From Candidatus Shapirobacteria bacterium UBA2283 (GTDB taxonomy: Bacteria > Patescibacteriota > Microgenomatia > UBA12405), in assembly GCA_002345725.1 (NCBI GenBank), contig DDWP01000020.1:1433-65432 (forward strand): a DNA stretch of 64,000 bases, given 5' to 3'. The translations under genes and the position numbers were made by a program. Position 1 is the stretch's first letter. Every line of letters begins with the position of its first letter. The notes beneath the pieces are model-generated. The model was not told where the DNA came from. It did no database searches and saw only the letters and a list, made by a program, of their open reading frames with translations. Below, piece after piece: positions 17,996 through 27,486 of this stretch.

Positions 17996-18277
17996 CTAAA
18001 ACTTCTTACTTAGCCAATATATGATTAATCCAACAATTGAAGCGGCAACAATCTCCTTAATGAATTTGCCGATCCACCCAATGACCACCCTGATTTTCTG
18101 AAAAAGGAACTGCTTGTGAATATATAGGATGTCCGCATATTGCATCCTTTGCCAGTTCGTCAAATAACTTCTTCTAGCTCTCAAAAATAAAACATCATGC
18201 TCGGGTAATTTTTCACCTGCATTTAGTCTTAACAGGATCTTATCAAAAATGGTTTGGGCTTCTGGATTCATTGTCAT
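17996..18277 (-). CDS. small protein with C-terminal transmembrane helix
   Basis: 93 aa, ...EIVAASIVGLIIYWLSKKF; 8-bp gap after the Cas4-like gene. Confidence 0.45.
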   Translation of the reverse strand: MTMNPEAQTIFDKILLRLNAGEKLPEHDVLFLRARRSYLTNWQRMQYADILYIHKQFLFQKIRVVIGWIGKFIKEIVAASIVGLIIYWLSKKF

Positions 18278-18284
18278 AATTGTT

Positions 18285-19046
18285 TCACTTATGTTGTCCT
18301 AAAGATTTGATCGCATTGTTATACAGGCAATAGTCACAGTCCTGTCCCTGCTCTGGGTATTCGTCTGATTGTAGGCACTTGTGAGCCTCTGTAATGACAC
18401 CTTCGACCCATGAATCATCACCAACGTAGGGAATTAAGGTAATATCAAATTCAAGCTTGCTGTCGAACGCTTTTCTGTCTAGCTGTCCATTACAATAAAC
18501 AAAATAGCCAGTAGAAGAAACCTTATAGCCATTTTTACGTAGTAGCCATTGATACACCTCCATTTGACGTTTATAGCCATCTTGCCACTCTTTATTTAAC
18601 TCAGTAATCTCTTCACTTTTTGAAGTCGACTTATAGTCAACAATAATATATTCGCCTTGAGAGTTTTGCCAAAGATCATCAATGGCTCCAAAAATCAGGA
18701 GGTTGGTGGGTTTATGTAAATACTGGATACCAGTAAAATTATGCCGCCATTTTTCTAGATCAGCATGAGCAACAGGTCTTGCATCAACTCCGTATTTTTC
18801 AATTAATGGGTGTTTAGTACCATTGGCACGGTGAATGTCGAACTCTAGCTTGAGTAAATGGTCCACTGCGGAGTTGAGAGCAAAAGGGAAGCCTGGTGGA
18901 CGTGCCACGCCTAAACGACGATCAAAATAAAAACAGCGTGGGCAATTTATAAAAAGATCAATTTTTGATCGGGACAGTTTAAACGGCTCGGATGAGTTTG
19001 GATCATATAGCCCTTTGGTTCGTTGTGAGTTATAGTATTGAGACAT
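18285..19046 (-). CDS. Cas4/RecB-like PD-(D/E)xK nuclease with Fe-S cysteine cluster
   Basis: GAIDD...EYIIVDYKSTSK (D...D/ExK core); Cys at CPRCFY and C-terminal C-x12-C-x2-C; directly follows the UvrD-like gene (15-bp gap). Confidence 0.65.
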   Translation of the reverse strand: MSQYYNSQRTKGLYDPNSSEPFKLSRSKIDLFINCPRCFYFDRRLGVARPPGFPFALNSAVDHLLKLEFDIHRANGTKHPLIEKYGVDARPVAHADLEKWRHNFTGIQYLHKPTNLLIFGAIDDLWQNSQGEYIIVDYKSTSKSEEITELNKEWQDGYKRQMEVYQWLLRKNGYKVSSTGYFVYCNGQLDRKAFDSKLEFDITLIPYVGDDSWVEGVITEAHKCLQSDEYPEQGQDCDYCLYNNAIKSLGQHK

Positions 19047-19060
19047 AATTAATCAATCAA

Positions 19061-21001
19061 TTATATTTTTAGGAACGGGTATTGTTTATTCTGATTCTTA
19101 ATTATATATAAATTCTTTCTAGGTCTCGTTATCATAACGTATAATTTATTCAGTTCCTGGATATAATCATAAATTTCACCTATGTTAGCCTGGTATGTTT
19201 TCCCCCAGAAAATTGCACTGTGTAGTCCATAATTCGATTTATGTGGCAAGTCTTCAATTTTTTGGACAATCACCTGTTCGTATTCTAACCCTTTAATTTT
19301 ATGTATATATTTGATCTCAAAAGTAAGTTTTTCTGTATTTGATCTGGTAATGTACTGCAGAAAGCCCTCGAGCTTTGGTTCTGTGATGCCAGTGAGCGAA
19401 TCCATTTTGTCTGATTCGGAAATTGAAACAAAAACAGATTGTTGATTTTGATTTAAACTCAAGTTTGATTTTAGACTTGACACTAACCGCTCACTGAATG
19501 AAACAAATTCGTCAAAAATAGGCTTGTCTACGTCCAACGAAATTGACAAATCCGTGGAGTCTACCGTGATGCGAAGCAAAGCATTATTGGATATTTCGTA
19601 GTTTAATTTATCGAATGTTAATGACTGGAGCGAATAAACATATTTCTCTAAGGCTTTGGGGTATTTTAAACGGTTGTTATAAAAGTCATATTTCAAGACT
19701 AGATATTTAATGAACAATGAAAAGTACTTAAACCCATATTTGTCTTCATAGTCTTTATAAATTTCTGAGTATAAGCTAAAGTTATTTCCACTATCAGTTG
19801 TGTCGTGTAGTTTATATTGTTTGTATACATCGATAGAATTGAACCTATTTATTCCGATACAGCATACCTCTTCGTTTAGTAGTTCATTAAATTTTAGATT
19901 AACAATTTCGCTGACTGAAGAAATTGTGGATTTGATAATGACCTTGCCATCACCACCACTTCCTTGTAAATCATCAGATATCTCTAGATCATCTAGATAT
20001 CCGACGATTTCCTGATTGTTCAGGTTTTGAATGGGTCCGGATCTTTTTATTTGGTTTAAAACTTCGTTATAGTTTTTTCTTGCGAAATTAAAAACTTCAT
20101 TTGAACATCTATGAGTTTTTTCTAACTTAATTTCACAGTCAGCATTTTTATGTAATTTGTTAAAGAATGCCTTCATATCATACATACTTCTCGGATTCGC
20201 TCCTGCGAAGCCATATATTGATTGATTTGGATCGCCAACCATGAACCACTTTACCTCATTTTTCTTTTCACCACGGCTTGCACTTAGTTCCTCAATTATC
20301 TTGCACTGTATCTCAGAAACGTCTTGAAACTCATCGATAAAAATCCAATCGATAGATCTATTAAGTGCCCTTCTGACAATACGGTTCTCTTGGATAATAA
20401 ACAGGGAGAGAAGGTTAATTAGGTTAAAATCAATTAGTTTTTGTGTGCTTAGGAAATTTAGATACGATGCGATAGTGGGTATTTCATGAGCATTGCTAAC
20501 TGGTTTCCAACTTCCATTAACCAATTTCAAGTTATAATAAATTTTTCCACTCTCAAGAATCTTATTAATTTCTGACTCCTCGATGTTGTGTTTTTTCAGG
20601 TGGTCAATCAATAATTGCCCATGCTCTTGAAAGTTAAAAATCGTTTTATAAGGTCTCAAACCTTTGCTACTTTTATACAAATAGGAAAATGGTTGTAAAA
20701 CGTATTGCAAACAGAAACTGTGAAACGTAAGAAACTCAACTTTAGTTAATAATTCAGGCTTAAGTATTTTAGAGCAACTATCTTCAAGATCCTCCACATT
20801 AACATTGGTATAAGAAATACAACAAATTTTATTAATATGGGGATTATCTAACAACAAATTCTTTATCTTTAAGGTGAGGATTGTAGTTTTTCCACTACCA
20901 GGTAGAGCTCTCACAAGAGTGTCTTGATCGCGTTCAATAATTTCGATTTGTTTTGGTGATAAATCAAAATCTATGCCAAGTTTTATTTTGTAATTAACCA
21001 T
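19061..21001 (-). CDS. UvrD/Rep-family SF1 helicase (GajB-like)
   Basis: Walker A LPGSGKTT, motif II IFIDEFQD, motif III GDPNQSIY, motif VI VMITRPRKNLYI. Confidence 0.8.
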   Translation of the reverse strand: MVNYKIKLGIDFDLSPKQIEIIERDQDTLVRALPGSGKTTILTLKIKNLLLDNPHINKICCISYTNVNVEDLEDSCSKILKPELLTKVEFLTFHSFCLQYVLQPFSYLYKSSKGLRPYKTIFNFQEHGQLLIDHLKKHNIEESEINKILESGKIYYNLKLVNGSWKPVSNAHEIPTIASYLNFLSTQKLIDFNLINLLSLFIIQENRIVRRALNRSIDWIFIDEFQDVSEIQCKIIEELSASRGEKKNEVKWFMVGDPNQSIYGFAGANPRSMYDMKAFFNKLHKNADCEIKLEKTHRCSNEVFNFARKNYNEVLNQIKRSGPIQNLNNQEIVGYLDDLEISDDLQGSGGDGKVIIKSTISSVSEIVNLKFNELLNEEVCCIGINRFNSIDVYKQYKLHDTTDSGNNFSLYSEIYKDYEDKYGFKYFSLFIKYLVLKYDFYNNRLKYPKALEKYVYSLQSLTFDKLNYEISNNALLRITVDSTDLSISLDVDKPIFDEFVSFSERLVSSLKSNLSLNQNQQSVFVSISESDKMDSLTGITEPKLEGFLQYITRSNTEKLTFEIKYIHKIKGLEYEQVIVQKIEDLPHKSNYGLHSAIFWGKTYQANIGEIYDYIQELNKLYVMITRPRKNLYIIKNQNKQYPFLKI

Positions 21002-23244
21002 GATAAACCATCTTCAATATACTTCGGAATAACAAAGTCCGGTAAATCATCGAAGGCAGTAACACTGCTGCTTTTATCCACAACAGAATCACCATTCCAG
21101 GTTTCGATTTCCGCCGGGTCTTGAAGTAATTTTGCTTTAAGTAAAGATGACAAATATAACGATATGGATGGTTTAGAGACTTCGTTGCCAAGGATAATGT
21201 CAAAAAAGCTGTCGAATTTGTCCTTGTCTATACTATTAGATTTGACTTCATCTGCAAACTTATTAATGGCGTCAATTCTTTTGGAGAAAGTTTCATCTTT
21301 CTTAAAATAATCACCGTCCCTCATAAACCTGTATAGGATTAACTTCAGATACTCGACGTTATTTGCATTTGGGTTGGTCGGATCTGGAATAAAAAAACAG
21401 TCAATTTCAAAGGTATAAATATTTCTTTTTGTTACTACTAATTCTTTTTCTTGATCGGCGATTTCCGCATTTAATTCTTCATATTTTGCTTTGTAATCAG
21501 GTATCTTTTGTTCCTCTAAGTGAGAGTCTCCGTCTCGAAGATTTAAACATTTGTTATTTAAGCCTCTGGTCAAATCATTATTGAACAAAGCATTGAATGG
21601 ATCAAATATCTTTCCTCCCACCTCCACTATCTCTATACCTTCACTATCAATATCAATATTTATATCTGGATTAATGCTCTTTAAATATGAGTTGACTAAT
21701 GTTCCTAGTGTATATTTCTCAGACAACCCTTCCACTAAGATAATTTTTCGAGCAAACAACAGAGAAGATCTGGTAGCGTCTAGATATTGTTTAAGGATTC
21801 TTCTGTTATGTCCATATGTTTCGGAATTTGCTTGTAACACACTATCGATGTTAATTGCTTTTGCTTGATGGATTCCTTTTTGTAACACCACTAAGTTTTT
21901 GAGATCTGATTTAGAAGCGAGATGTGTGGAATGAGAAGTTTGTATTACTTGAGTAAAAGCAAAAAATTGTTTATCTTCATCTTCGCTTTCTTCCCCATTC
22001 GACTTATTTAATTCCATTAATTTCTGTGTTTTGTTCTCTATTTGGGTGTGTAGGTATTTTTGATTTTGGACATCTAAGTGTGCCTCTGGCTCTTCTATCA
22101 AAAGCAAATTGTATACAATCTTAATTTTTTCATCTGAATCATTAAGAATTAATTCCTTTTTGAGTTCAAATAACGCGAATATTGCCGAGATGTACGCTAG
22201 ATTTTGGTAACCCAATCCGACAACATTCATATCTTGAGATGTCTTTAAATCTTCGTTTAAGTTAACAAGAAAGTTGAAGTATCTGCCAATATTTTCTAGG
22301 GTAACTTTTGGAGTTCCAATAACAAGGTCAGCTCTATTTGACAAAAGATTAATGTCTTTATCTTGAAGACGCTTTTCAATTTCATCCAATAAAATGCTTG
22401 CTTCTGGGATAGCGCCACTTGTTCGCAAATTTTTTAAGGCGGCAGAGACTTCTTTAGAAACACTGTTATTACTATTGTTCTTAGCGCACCCTCTAATTAA
22501 TTGTGAGACTAATGAGCGGTAACCAAAGTAAAAGTCATTTTTAACGTCTCGTAAAGCGTCAAGAGCCAGTAAATTTATGTGTTTTCTAACCTTATTGGCA
22601 TAGGATTGTTTTGATAATTGTTTTTCCAGAACGACTTTGGGATTCTCTCGGATTTTTTCAATATCTTCTTCACTAAGGTAAAAGTATTTATAAAAGTCTT
22701 TTTTATCTTTACATCCGTGCAATGTCGAAATGATCGTGTCGCCGTAGTCTTTTGTTGATCCATCAGGAAGGTAATAATAACCTGAAGGGTGATATCTACC
22801 TGCAACTAAAAATCCTATGTAGTCCTCTTCGATATCGTAGCCTCCTTCCTTGTTGATGGAAGAAGGAGCGAATACAAATGATATATTTGCCTCAAGATTA
22901 TCCTCCGAGGAGTCTAGATCAATTCCGTTATTTGTAGGCGCAATAGAATATAAAAGTGATTGAATTTCTTCTTTGTTCGAGACGCTGCTGAAGGTTATAG
23001 TTATAACTATTTCCTCACCAGCAACCCAGCAATTAGCTTCCTTACTCCAACAAAAATCGTCTTCCGATAGTCTCTTGTCCCAAGGCGGCATGCTTGAATC
23101 TAGAACTAGTCGAATTGCTTGTAAAAAATTAGTTTTACCGGAGTTGTTTCCTCCAATCAGCGTAAGTGGACTTCCATCAGGAATAAACAGATCAAACTCT
23201 TCAAAGTTACGGTAATTTTTTATGTAGACTCTAGAGATGTGCAT
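20983..23244 (-). CDS. OLD-family ATP-dependent endonuclease: ABC-type ATPase plus Toprim (GajA-like, extended C-terminus)
   Basis: IKNYRNFEEF...LIGGNNSGKTNFLQAIRLVL (Walker A), LLLIEEPEAHLD (Walker B/D-loop), Toprim ILVEGLSE...GIEIVEVGGK...RDGDS; 753 aa; 19-bp overlap with the helicase gene. Confidence 0.7.
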   Translation of the reverse strand: MHISRVYIKNYRNFEEFDLFIPDGSPLTLIGGNNSGKTNFLQAIRLVLDSSMPPWDKRLSEDDFCWSKEANCWVAGEEIVITITFSSVSNKEEIQSLLYSIAPTNNGIDLDSSEDNLEANISFVFAPSSINKEGGYDIEEDYIGFLVAGRYHPSGYYYLPDGSTKDYGDTIISTLHGCKDKKDFYKYFYLSEEDIEKIRENPKVVLEKQLSKQSYANKVRKHINLLALDALRDVKNDFYFGYRSLVSQLIRGCAKNNSNNSVSKEVSAALKNLRTSGAIPEASILLDEIEKRLQDKDINLLSNRADLVIGTPKVTLENIGRYFNFLVNLNEDLKTSQDMNVVGLGYQNLAYISAIFALFELKKELILNDSDEKIKIVYNLLLIEEPEAHLDVQNQKYLHTQIENKTQKLMELNKSNGEESEDEDKQFFAFTQVIQTSHSTHLASKSDLKNLVVLQKGIHQAKAINIDSVLQANSETYGHNRRILKQYLDATRSSLLFARKIILVEGLSEKYTLGTLVNSYLKSINPDINIDIDSEGIEIVEVGGKIFDPFNALFNNDLTRGLNNKCLNLRDGDSHLEEQKIPDYKAKYEELNAEIADQEKELVVTKRNIYTFEIDCFFIPDPTNPNANNVEYLKLILYRFMRDGDYFKKDETFSKRIDAINKFADEVKSNSIDKDKFDSFFDIILGNEVSKPSISLYLSSLLKAKLLQDPAEIETWNGDSVVDKSSSVTAFDDLPDFVIPKYIEDGLSWLITK

Positions 23245-23260
23245 AGTTTATTAATTCCAA

Positions 23261-26200
23261 TCATTCACCTGATATATTAAAAAATCTTTCAAAAAATCTT
23301 GTGAGTTTGTCAAGTACGCTTTCACGCTTTTTGGTACGCTCACCTGTAGGAGAGAATCGAGATACTGGTGGTAAGATTTTTGTAATTGCCGTACCAGTTG
23401 TGGCGACGTTACCGTTTCGGAAAGCGTTCTTAATAAACGTATATGTTGCGTCATGATCTAGACCTTCACTTGTAATGATTTGCTCAAGTTCTTCTACCTT
23501 CTTGCCCTCAATAAATTTTCTCCAATCATCGTCCACAATTGAATGGACATCAAGCGATTCAATAAATTGATTGATAAGGTCTTTCTTGTTTCGCAATTCA
23601 ACGCTCGAATCGATGGCTTTATTAATATCAAGTAGAATTTCACGATTTTTTGTGTGATCCTCGTGGTACTTTTTTATCAGTCCTAGAATGTAATCAATAT
23701 TGATATCTACCTGTTTAATAAGCTCCATCTCAAATACTACATCATCATTAACATTTTCCTTACTGTCTTCTGTGCCTTTGCGGAATTCGTTATAAATATC
23801 AATATAAGCACTGTGGTAATCTTGAACGTCGCGCTCAGATAAGATCTCATTGCCCACAAATTCATCGAAGGTAGTCAGAATATTGCGTACTCGCAAAATT
23901 GCCCCATATAGTTTGATAAAGTCTTTTTGGTTTTGCTCGCCGATAATTCTTTCACCGACAGGAAATCTCTCTTGCAATTCTTTTACTAAACTTTCGTATC
24001 CCCTAATTTCTTTGCTGCCGTCGTTGTAACCATGGTAATAATCAGCATATGCCTTCAAAAGAACAATGCCGCTGGCTTCTTTATCTCCAAATAGGGCAAT
24101 GGACTCATTTGTGGCTTTCTCAAGGTTGCGAAAACAGACGATGTTCCCAAACGTTTTTACGCTATTCAAAATACGATTTGTCCGAGAATACGCTTGTAAT
24201 AATCCATGCAATCTCAAATTTTTGTCTACCCATAAAGTATTGAGAGTTGTCGCGTCAAAACCAGTTAAAAACATATTGACCACAATTAAGATGTCAATTT
24301 CCCGATTTTTCACTCGTTCGCTTACATCCTTATAATAGTTTTGAAATTTATCAGAGGAAGTATCATAGGATGTACCAAACATTTTGTTGTAATCAACAAT
24401 GGCACTTTCCAAAAAATCTCGGGAGCTTACATCAAGACCACTAGTGTCCTCCGAGTTTTCATCTATCATTCCGTCTGCATCCTCATCATTTACACCAAAA
24501 CTATAAATAGTCGCTACTTTTAGTTGTTTGTCGCTTGGGAGATCAGACAATTGTTTTTTAAACTCAGCGTAATACTTTTTGGCGACATCAATAGAAGAGA
24601 CTGCGAAGATTGAGTTAAAGCCGGCTAGTCTTCGATCCTTTAATTTATAAAAGCTATTGCGTTTAGTTTTCTGATCGAAATGTTCACGGATGTATCGAAC
24701 AATATTCTCTAGGCGTTCAGACGCAGCTAGAATTGCCTCACGGTCAATATCACTAACTTTTTTGTCTTCTATGTTTTCCGCTTCACGAACTGTCGAAATA
24801 TAGTCAACTTTAAACGGTAAAACGTTTTTATCTGCAATTGCATCTACAATGGTATATGTATGTAGCTTTTCTCCGAACGCTTGTTCGGTCGTCTTCAAAT
24901 CTGGACGACCTCCTGATGAGGCATTGATTGCAAAAATCGGTGTACCAGTAAATCCGAAGATATGGTAATTCTTAAATGTTTTGGTAATGGCGGCATGCAT
25001 GTCGCCAAACTGCGAGCGGTGACATTCATCAAATATTAGGACTACATGGTCATCAAAAATGGTGTGACCGGTATTTCGACTGATAAAACGATCGAGTTTC
25101 TGGATTGTGGTAATAATAATACGAGCATTTGAATTCTCGAGCTGTCGTGTCAAAATCGCTGTACTTGTATTACTGTTAGCAGCACCTTTTTCGAATTTGT
25201 CGTACTCTCGCATCGTCTGATAGTCCAAATCCTTGCGATCAACAATAAAAATAACCTTATCAATATAAGACAATTTGCTCGCCAATTGAGCTGTCTTGAA
25301 GCTGGTCAGGGTCTTTCCTGATCCAGTAGTATGCCAAATGTATCCACCAGCTTCTGCTGTCCCTAGTTTCTTATAGTTTGTACTAACTTCAATTCTGTTA
25401 AGAATTCTCTCTGTGGCGACTATCTGATAGGGGCGCATCACTAGAAGTAATTTGTCAGTAGTAAATACACAGTACCGAGTAAGGATATTCAAAATCGTAT
25501 GTTTTGCAAAAAAAGTCTTTGCAAAATCCATTAAGTCTGTAATAGGTCGATTGGTGGCATCCGCCCACCAACTGGTGAATTCGTAACTATTACTGGTTCG
25601 TTTGCCATTTTTAACAGAGCCTTCGTTTGAATCCTTTACATGCTGGTATCTGGTAGTGTTACTGTAATACTTGGTATGTGTGCCATTTGAAATGATAAAT
25701 ATCTGGACATATTCAAAAAGACCAGACGAAGCCCAAAAACTTTCTCGGTTATATCGATTAATCTGGTTAAACGCTTCTTGAATCGCTACTCCACGACGTT
25801 TTAGCTCGATGTGGACTAAAGGCAGCCCATTAACAAGAACTGTGACGTCATAACGATTAGCACGCTGGCCGTCTTCTGTTGCGTATTGGTTAATAACTTG
25901 CAGGCTATTGTCGTGAATTGAGTCTTTTTTAATGAGATAGATATTTTTTACTGTGCCGTCGTCACGGGTGAGATTTTTAATATGATCTTCTTGAATCGTT
26001 GCTGTTTTTTCAGTAATACTCTGATTTGGATTTGCAAGTTCACTTACAAAAAATCGTTCCCATTCGAGGTCTGAAAATGTAAATGCGTTTAGCTTTTCTA
26101 ATTGCTTACGTAAGTTCGCTATCAAATTAGCCTCTGAGCTAATAGTCACATATTCATAAGCCTGCAATTCCAGTTGCTTAATAAAAGCTCGTTCGAGTTC

Positions 26201-26308
26201 TGCCTCACTTTGATAGTTTGTCGCGCGAACACTTTCCGGTGTGTACTCGGAAACAACAGTGCTCTGCGTATTCTTAGCGACTAGATTGTATTTGTTATTA
26301 ATTGGCAT
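23261..26308 (-). CDS. hsdR: type I restriction enzyme R subunit
   Basis: SF2 helicase motifs HTTGSGKTLTSF, LIFDECHRSQ; 1015 aa; adjacent to hsdS and hsdM. Confidence 0.85.
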   Translation of the reverse strand: MPINNKYNLVAKNTQSTVVSEYTPESVRATNYQSEAELERAFIKQLELQAYEYVTISSEANLIANLRKQLEKLNAFTFSDLEWERFFVSELANPNQSITEKTATIQEDHIKNLTRDDGTVKNIYLIKKDSIHDNSLQVINQYATEDGQRANRYDVTVLVNGLPLVHIELKRRGVAIQEAFNQINRYNRESFWASSGLFEYVQIFIISNGTHTKYYSNTTRYQHVKDSNEGSVKNGKRTSNSYEFTSWWADATNRPITDLMDFAKTFFAKHTILNILTRYCVFTTDKLLLVMRPYQIVATERILNRIEVSTNYKKLGTAEAGGYIWHTTGSGKTLTSFKTAQLASKLSYIDKVIFIVDRKDLDYQTMREYDKFEKGAANSNTSTAILTRQLENSNARIIITTIQKLDRFISRNTGHTIFDDHVVLIFDECHRSQFGDMHAAITKTFKNYHIFGFTGTPIFAINASSGGRPDLKTTEQAFGEKLHTYTIVDAIADKNVLPFKVDYISTVREAENIEDKKVSDIDREAILAASERLENIVRYIREHFDQKTKRNSFYKLKDRRLAGFNSIFAVSSIDVAKKYYAEFKKQLSDLPSDKQLKVATIYSFGVNDEDADGMIDENSEDTSGLDVSSRDFLESAIVDYNKMFGTSYDTSSDKFQNYYKDVSERVKNREIDILIVVNMFLTGFDATTLNTLWVDKNLRLHGLLQAYSRTNRILNSVKTFGNIVCFRNLEKATNESIALFGDKEASGIVLLKAYADYYHGYNDGSKEIRGYESLVKELQERFPVGERIIGEQNQKDFIKLYGAILRVRNILTTFDEFVGNEILSERDVQDYHSAYIDIYNEFRKGTEDSKENVNDDVVFEMELIKQVDINIDYILGLIKKYHEDHTKNREILLDINKAIDSSVELRNKKDLINQFIESLDVHSIVDDDWRKFIEGKKVEELEQIITSEGLDHDATYTFIKNAFRNGNVATTGTAITKILPPVSRFSPTGERTKKRESVLDKLTRFFERFFNISGE

Positions 26309-27482
26309 ATTCTTTGAAACTTAACAATTTATTTCGATAGTATTCATATTGAGATCTTCTAGCGGCAAGCTCAGCAGGTAAACCTATTGAGATGTCGTTC
26401 ACTAATTTTTCAAACTTATCAAGAATAATAACGATATTTTCCTGTTGGGTTATGGTAGGAATAGGAAGTAATAACGATTTAACTATCTCAGCATTTAAAT
26501 TTTGTACAGTTCCATTCGATGCTTTTTGCGTCATTGTTTGATAGACGGCGTCTGAGCTTAAAAGGTGGTATAAAAAATCTGATATATATGTTTTGTTGAA
26601 ATCACTTATGGATAACCAACCGTCATGTATGCACCCATCGATTTTTAAAATATATGGTCGACCAAAACTCATTGAGTTTGATAATACAAAATCACCTTTT
26701 TTAACAAATCTCGATTTCTGAGCACCTTCTGGTTTAATTTTTTGCAAAGTTTGCGTTATATATTTACTTCCCTTTTCAACATCACCAATTTTTATCCAGT
26801 TGATACCGTTTTCTTCCTTAGTAAAATAATTATTAATTGGCCGTGGAGAACCACCCCTGACAATCTTTGCACTTTCTCCAAACTTCGCCCACTTTATGTC
26901 TTTGCCAAACTCCAAGAACTTTGAACGATAGTGATTGTATTGCTTCTTCCTTGCTTCCAGCTCCGCTTCCAGCTCCGCTTCCAGCTCTGTGAAATTATTA
27001 AGAATTTTGACTATTTCATTTTGTATTGCAAGCGGTGGCAATGGGATTTTAAATTTGGAATACTGGGAAATCCAATGACGAGCATGGTCTGTTGGAGTGT
27101 AGTTAATACACTTCATTGCGTAATACAAAAATCTAAAATTCACACCAGCGTTTTGTTTCGGTCTTAACATTTTCATTGCTGAAGACTTAACTTTAAATTT
27201 AAAATCAACCCAATGAAATGAAGTAGTAAAATCATCAAAGATAATTACAGGCTTATCTTTACTTGCTTCGTATATTCCTTCTGTTTCGTCTGTGTAGCCG
27301 AGGACAAAGCTTTGTCCTGCAGTCAAAACTGGAGTTGCGAAATCATTGCTATATTCTATTGAATTAACTATGTAATCCCCAGGTTGCTCATAGTCCAAGA
27401 GATCATCCAATTCTTTGAAATCAACCCCTTTGGGGCACAACTGTGTAATTAATTTTTCTATTTTGCCTTGTTTGTTAGTCAT
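26298..27482 (-). CDS. hsdS: type I restriction-modification specificity subunit
   Basis: Two TRDs separated by a central conserved coiled-coil (ELEA)x3-RKKQYNHYRSKF, and C-terminal AELAARRSQYEYYRNKLLSF. Confidence 0.8.
   Translation of the reverse strand: MTNKQGKIEKLITQLCPKGVDFKELDDLLDYEQPGDYIVNSIEYSNDFATPVLTAGQSFVLGYTDETEGIYEASKDKPVIIFDDFTTSFHWVDFKFKVKSSAMKMLRPKQNAGVNFRFLYYAMKCINYTPTDHARHWISQYSKFKIPLPPLAIQNEIVKILNNFTELEAELEAELEARKKQYNHYRSKFLEFGKDIKWAKFGESAKIVRGGSPRPINNYFTKEENGINWIKIGDVEKGSKYITQTLQKIKPEGAQKSRFVKKGDFVLSNSMSFGRPYILKIDGCIHDGWLSISDFNKTYISDFLYHLLSSDAVYQTMTQKASNGTVQNLNAEIVKSLLLPIPTITQQENIVIILDKFEKLVNDISIGLPAELAARRSQYEYYRNKLLSFKEYAN
26953..26988. repeat. 12-bp tandem repeat x3 (GCTTCCAGCTCC) encoding (ELEA)3 in the hsdS central conserved region
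   Basis: Three consecutive copies at 26953-26964, 26965-26976 and 26977-26988 (last with 1 mismatch). Confidence 0.8.
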
Positions 27483-27486
27483 ACTT

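Noticed and set aside
26931-27167. Tandem repeats at 26953-26988 and 43125-43450 as possible CRISPR arrays
   Set aside because: The units are contiguous without spacers and in-frame coding (ELEA and 22-aa fibre repeats). No repeat-spacer architecture or cas genes other than a lone Cas4-like nuclease were seen anywhere in the window.
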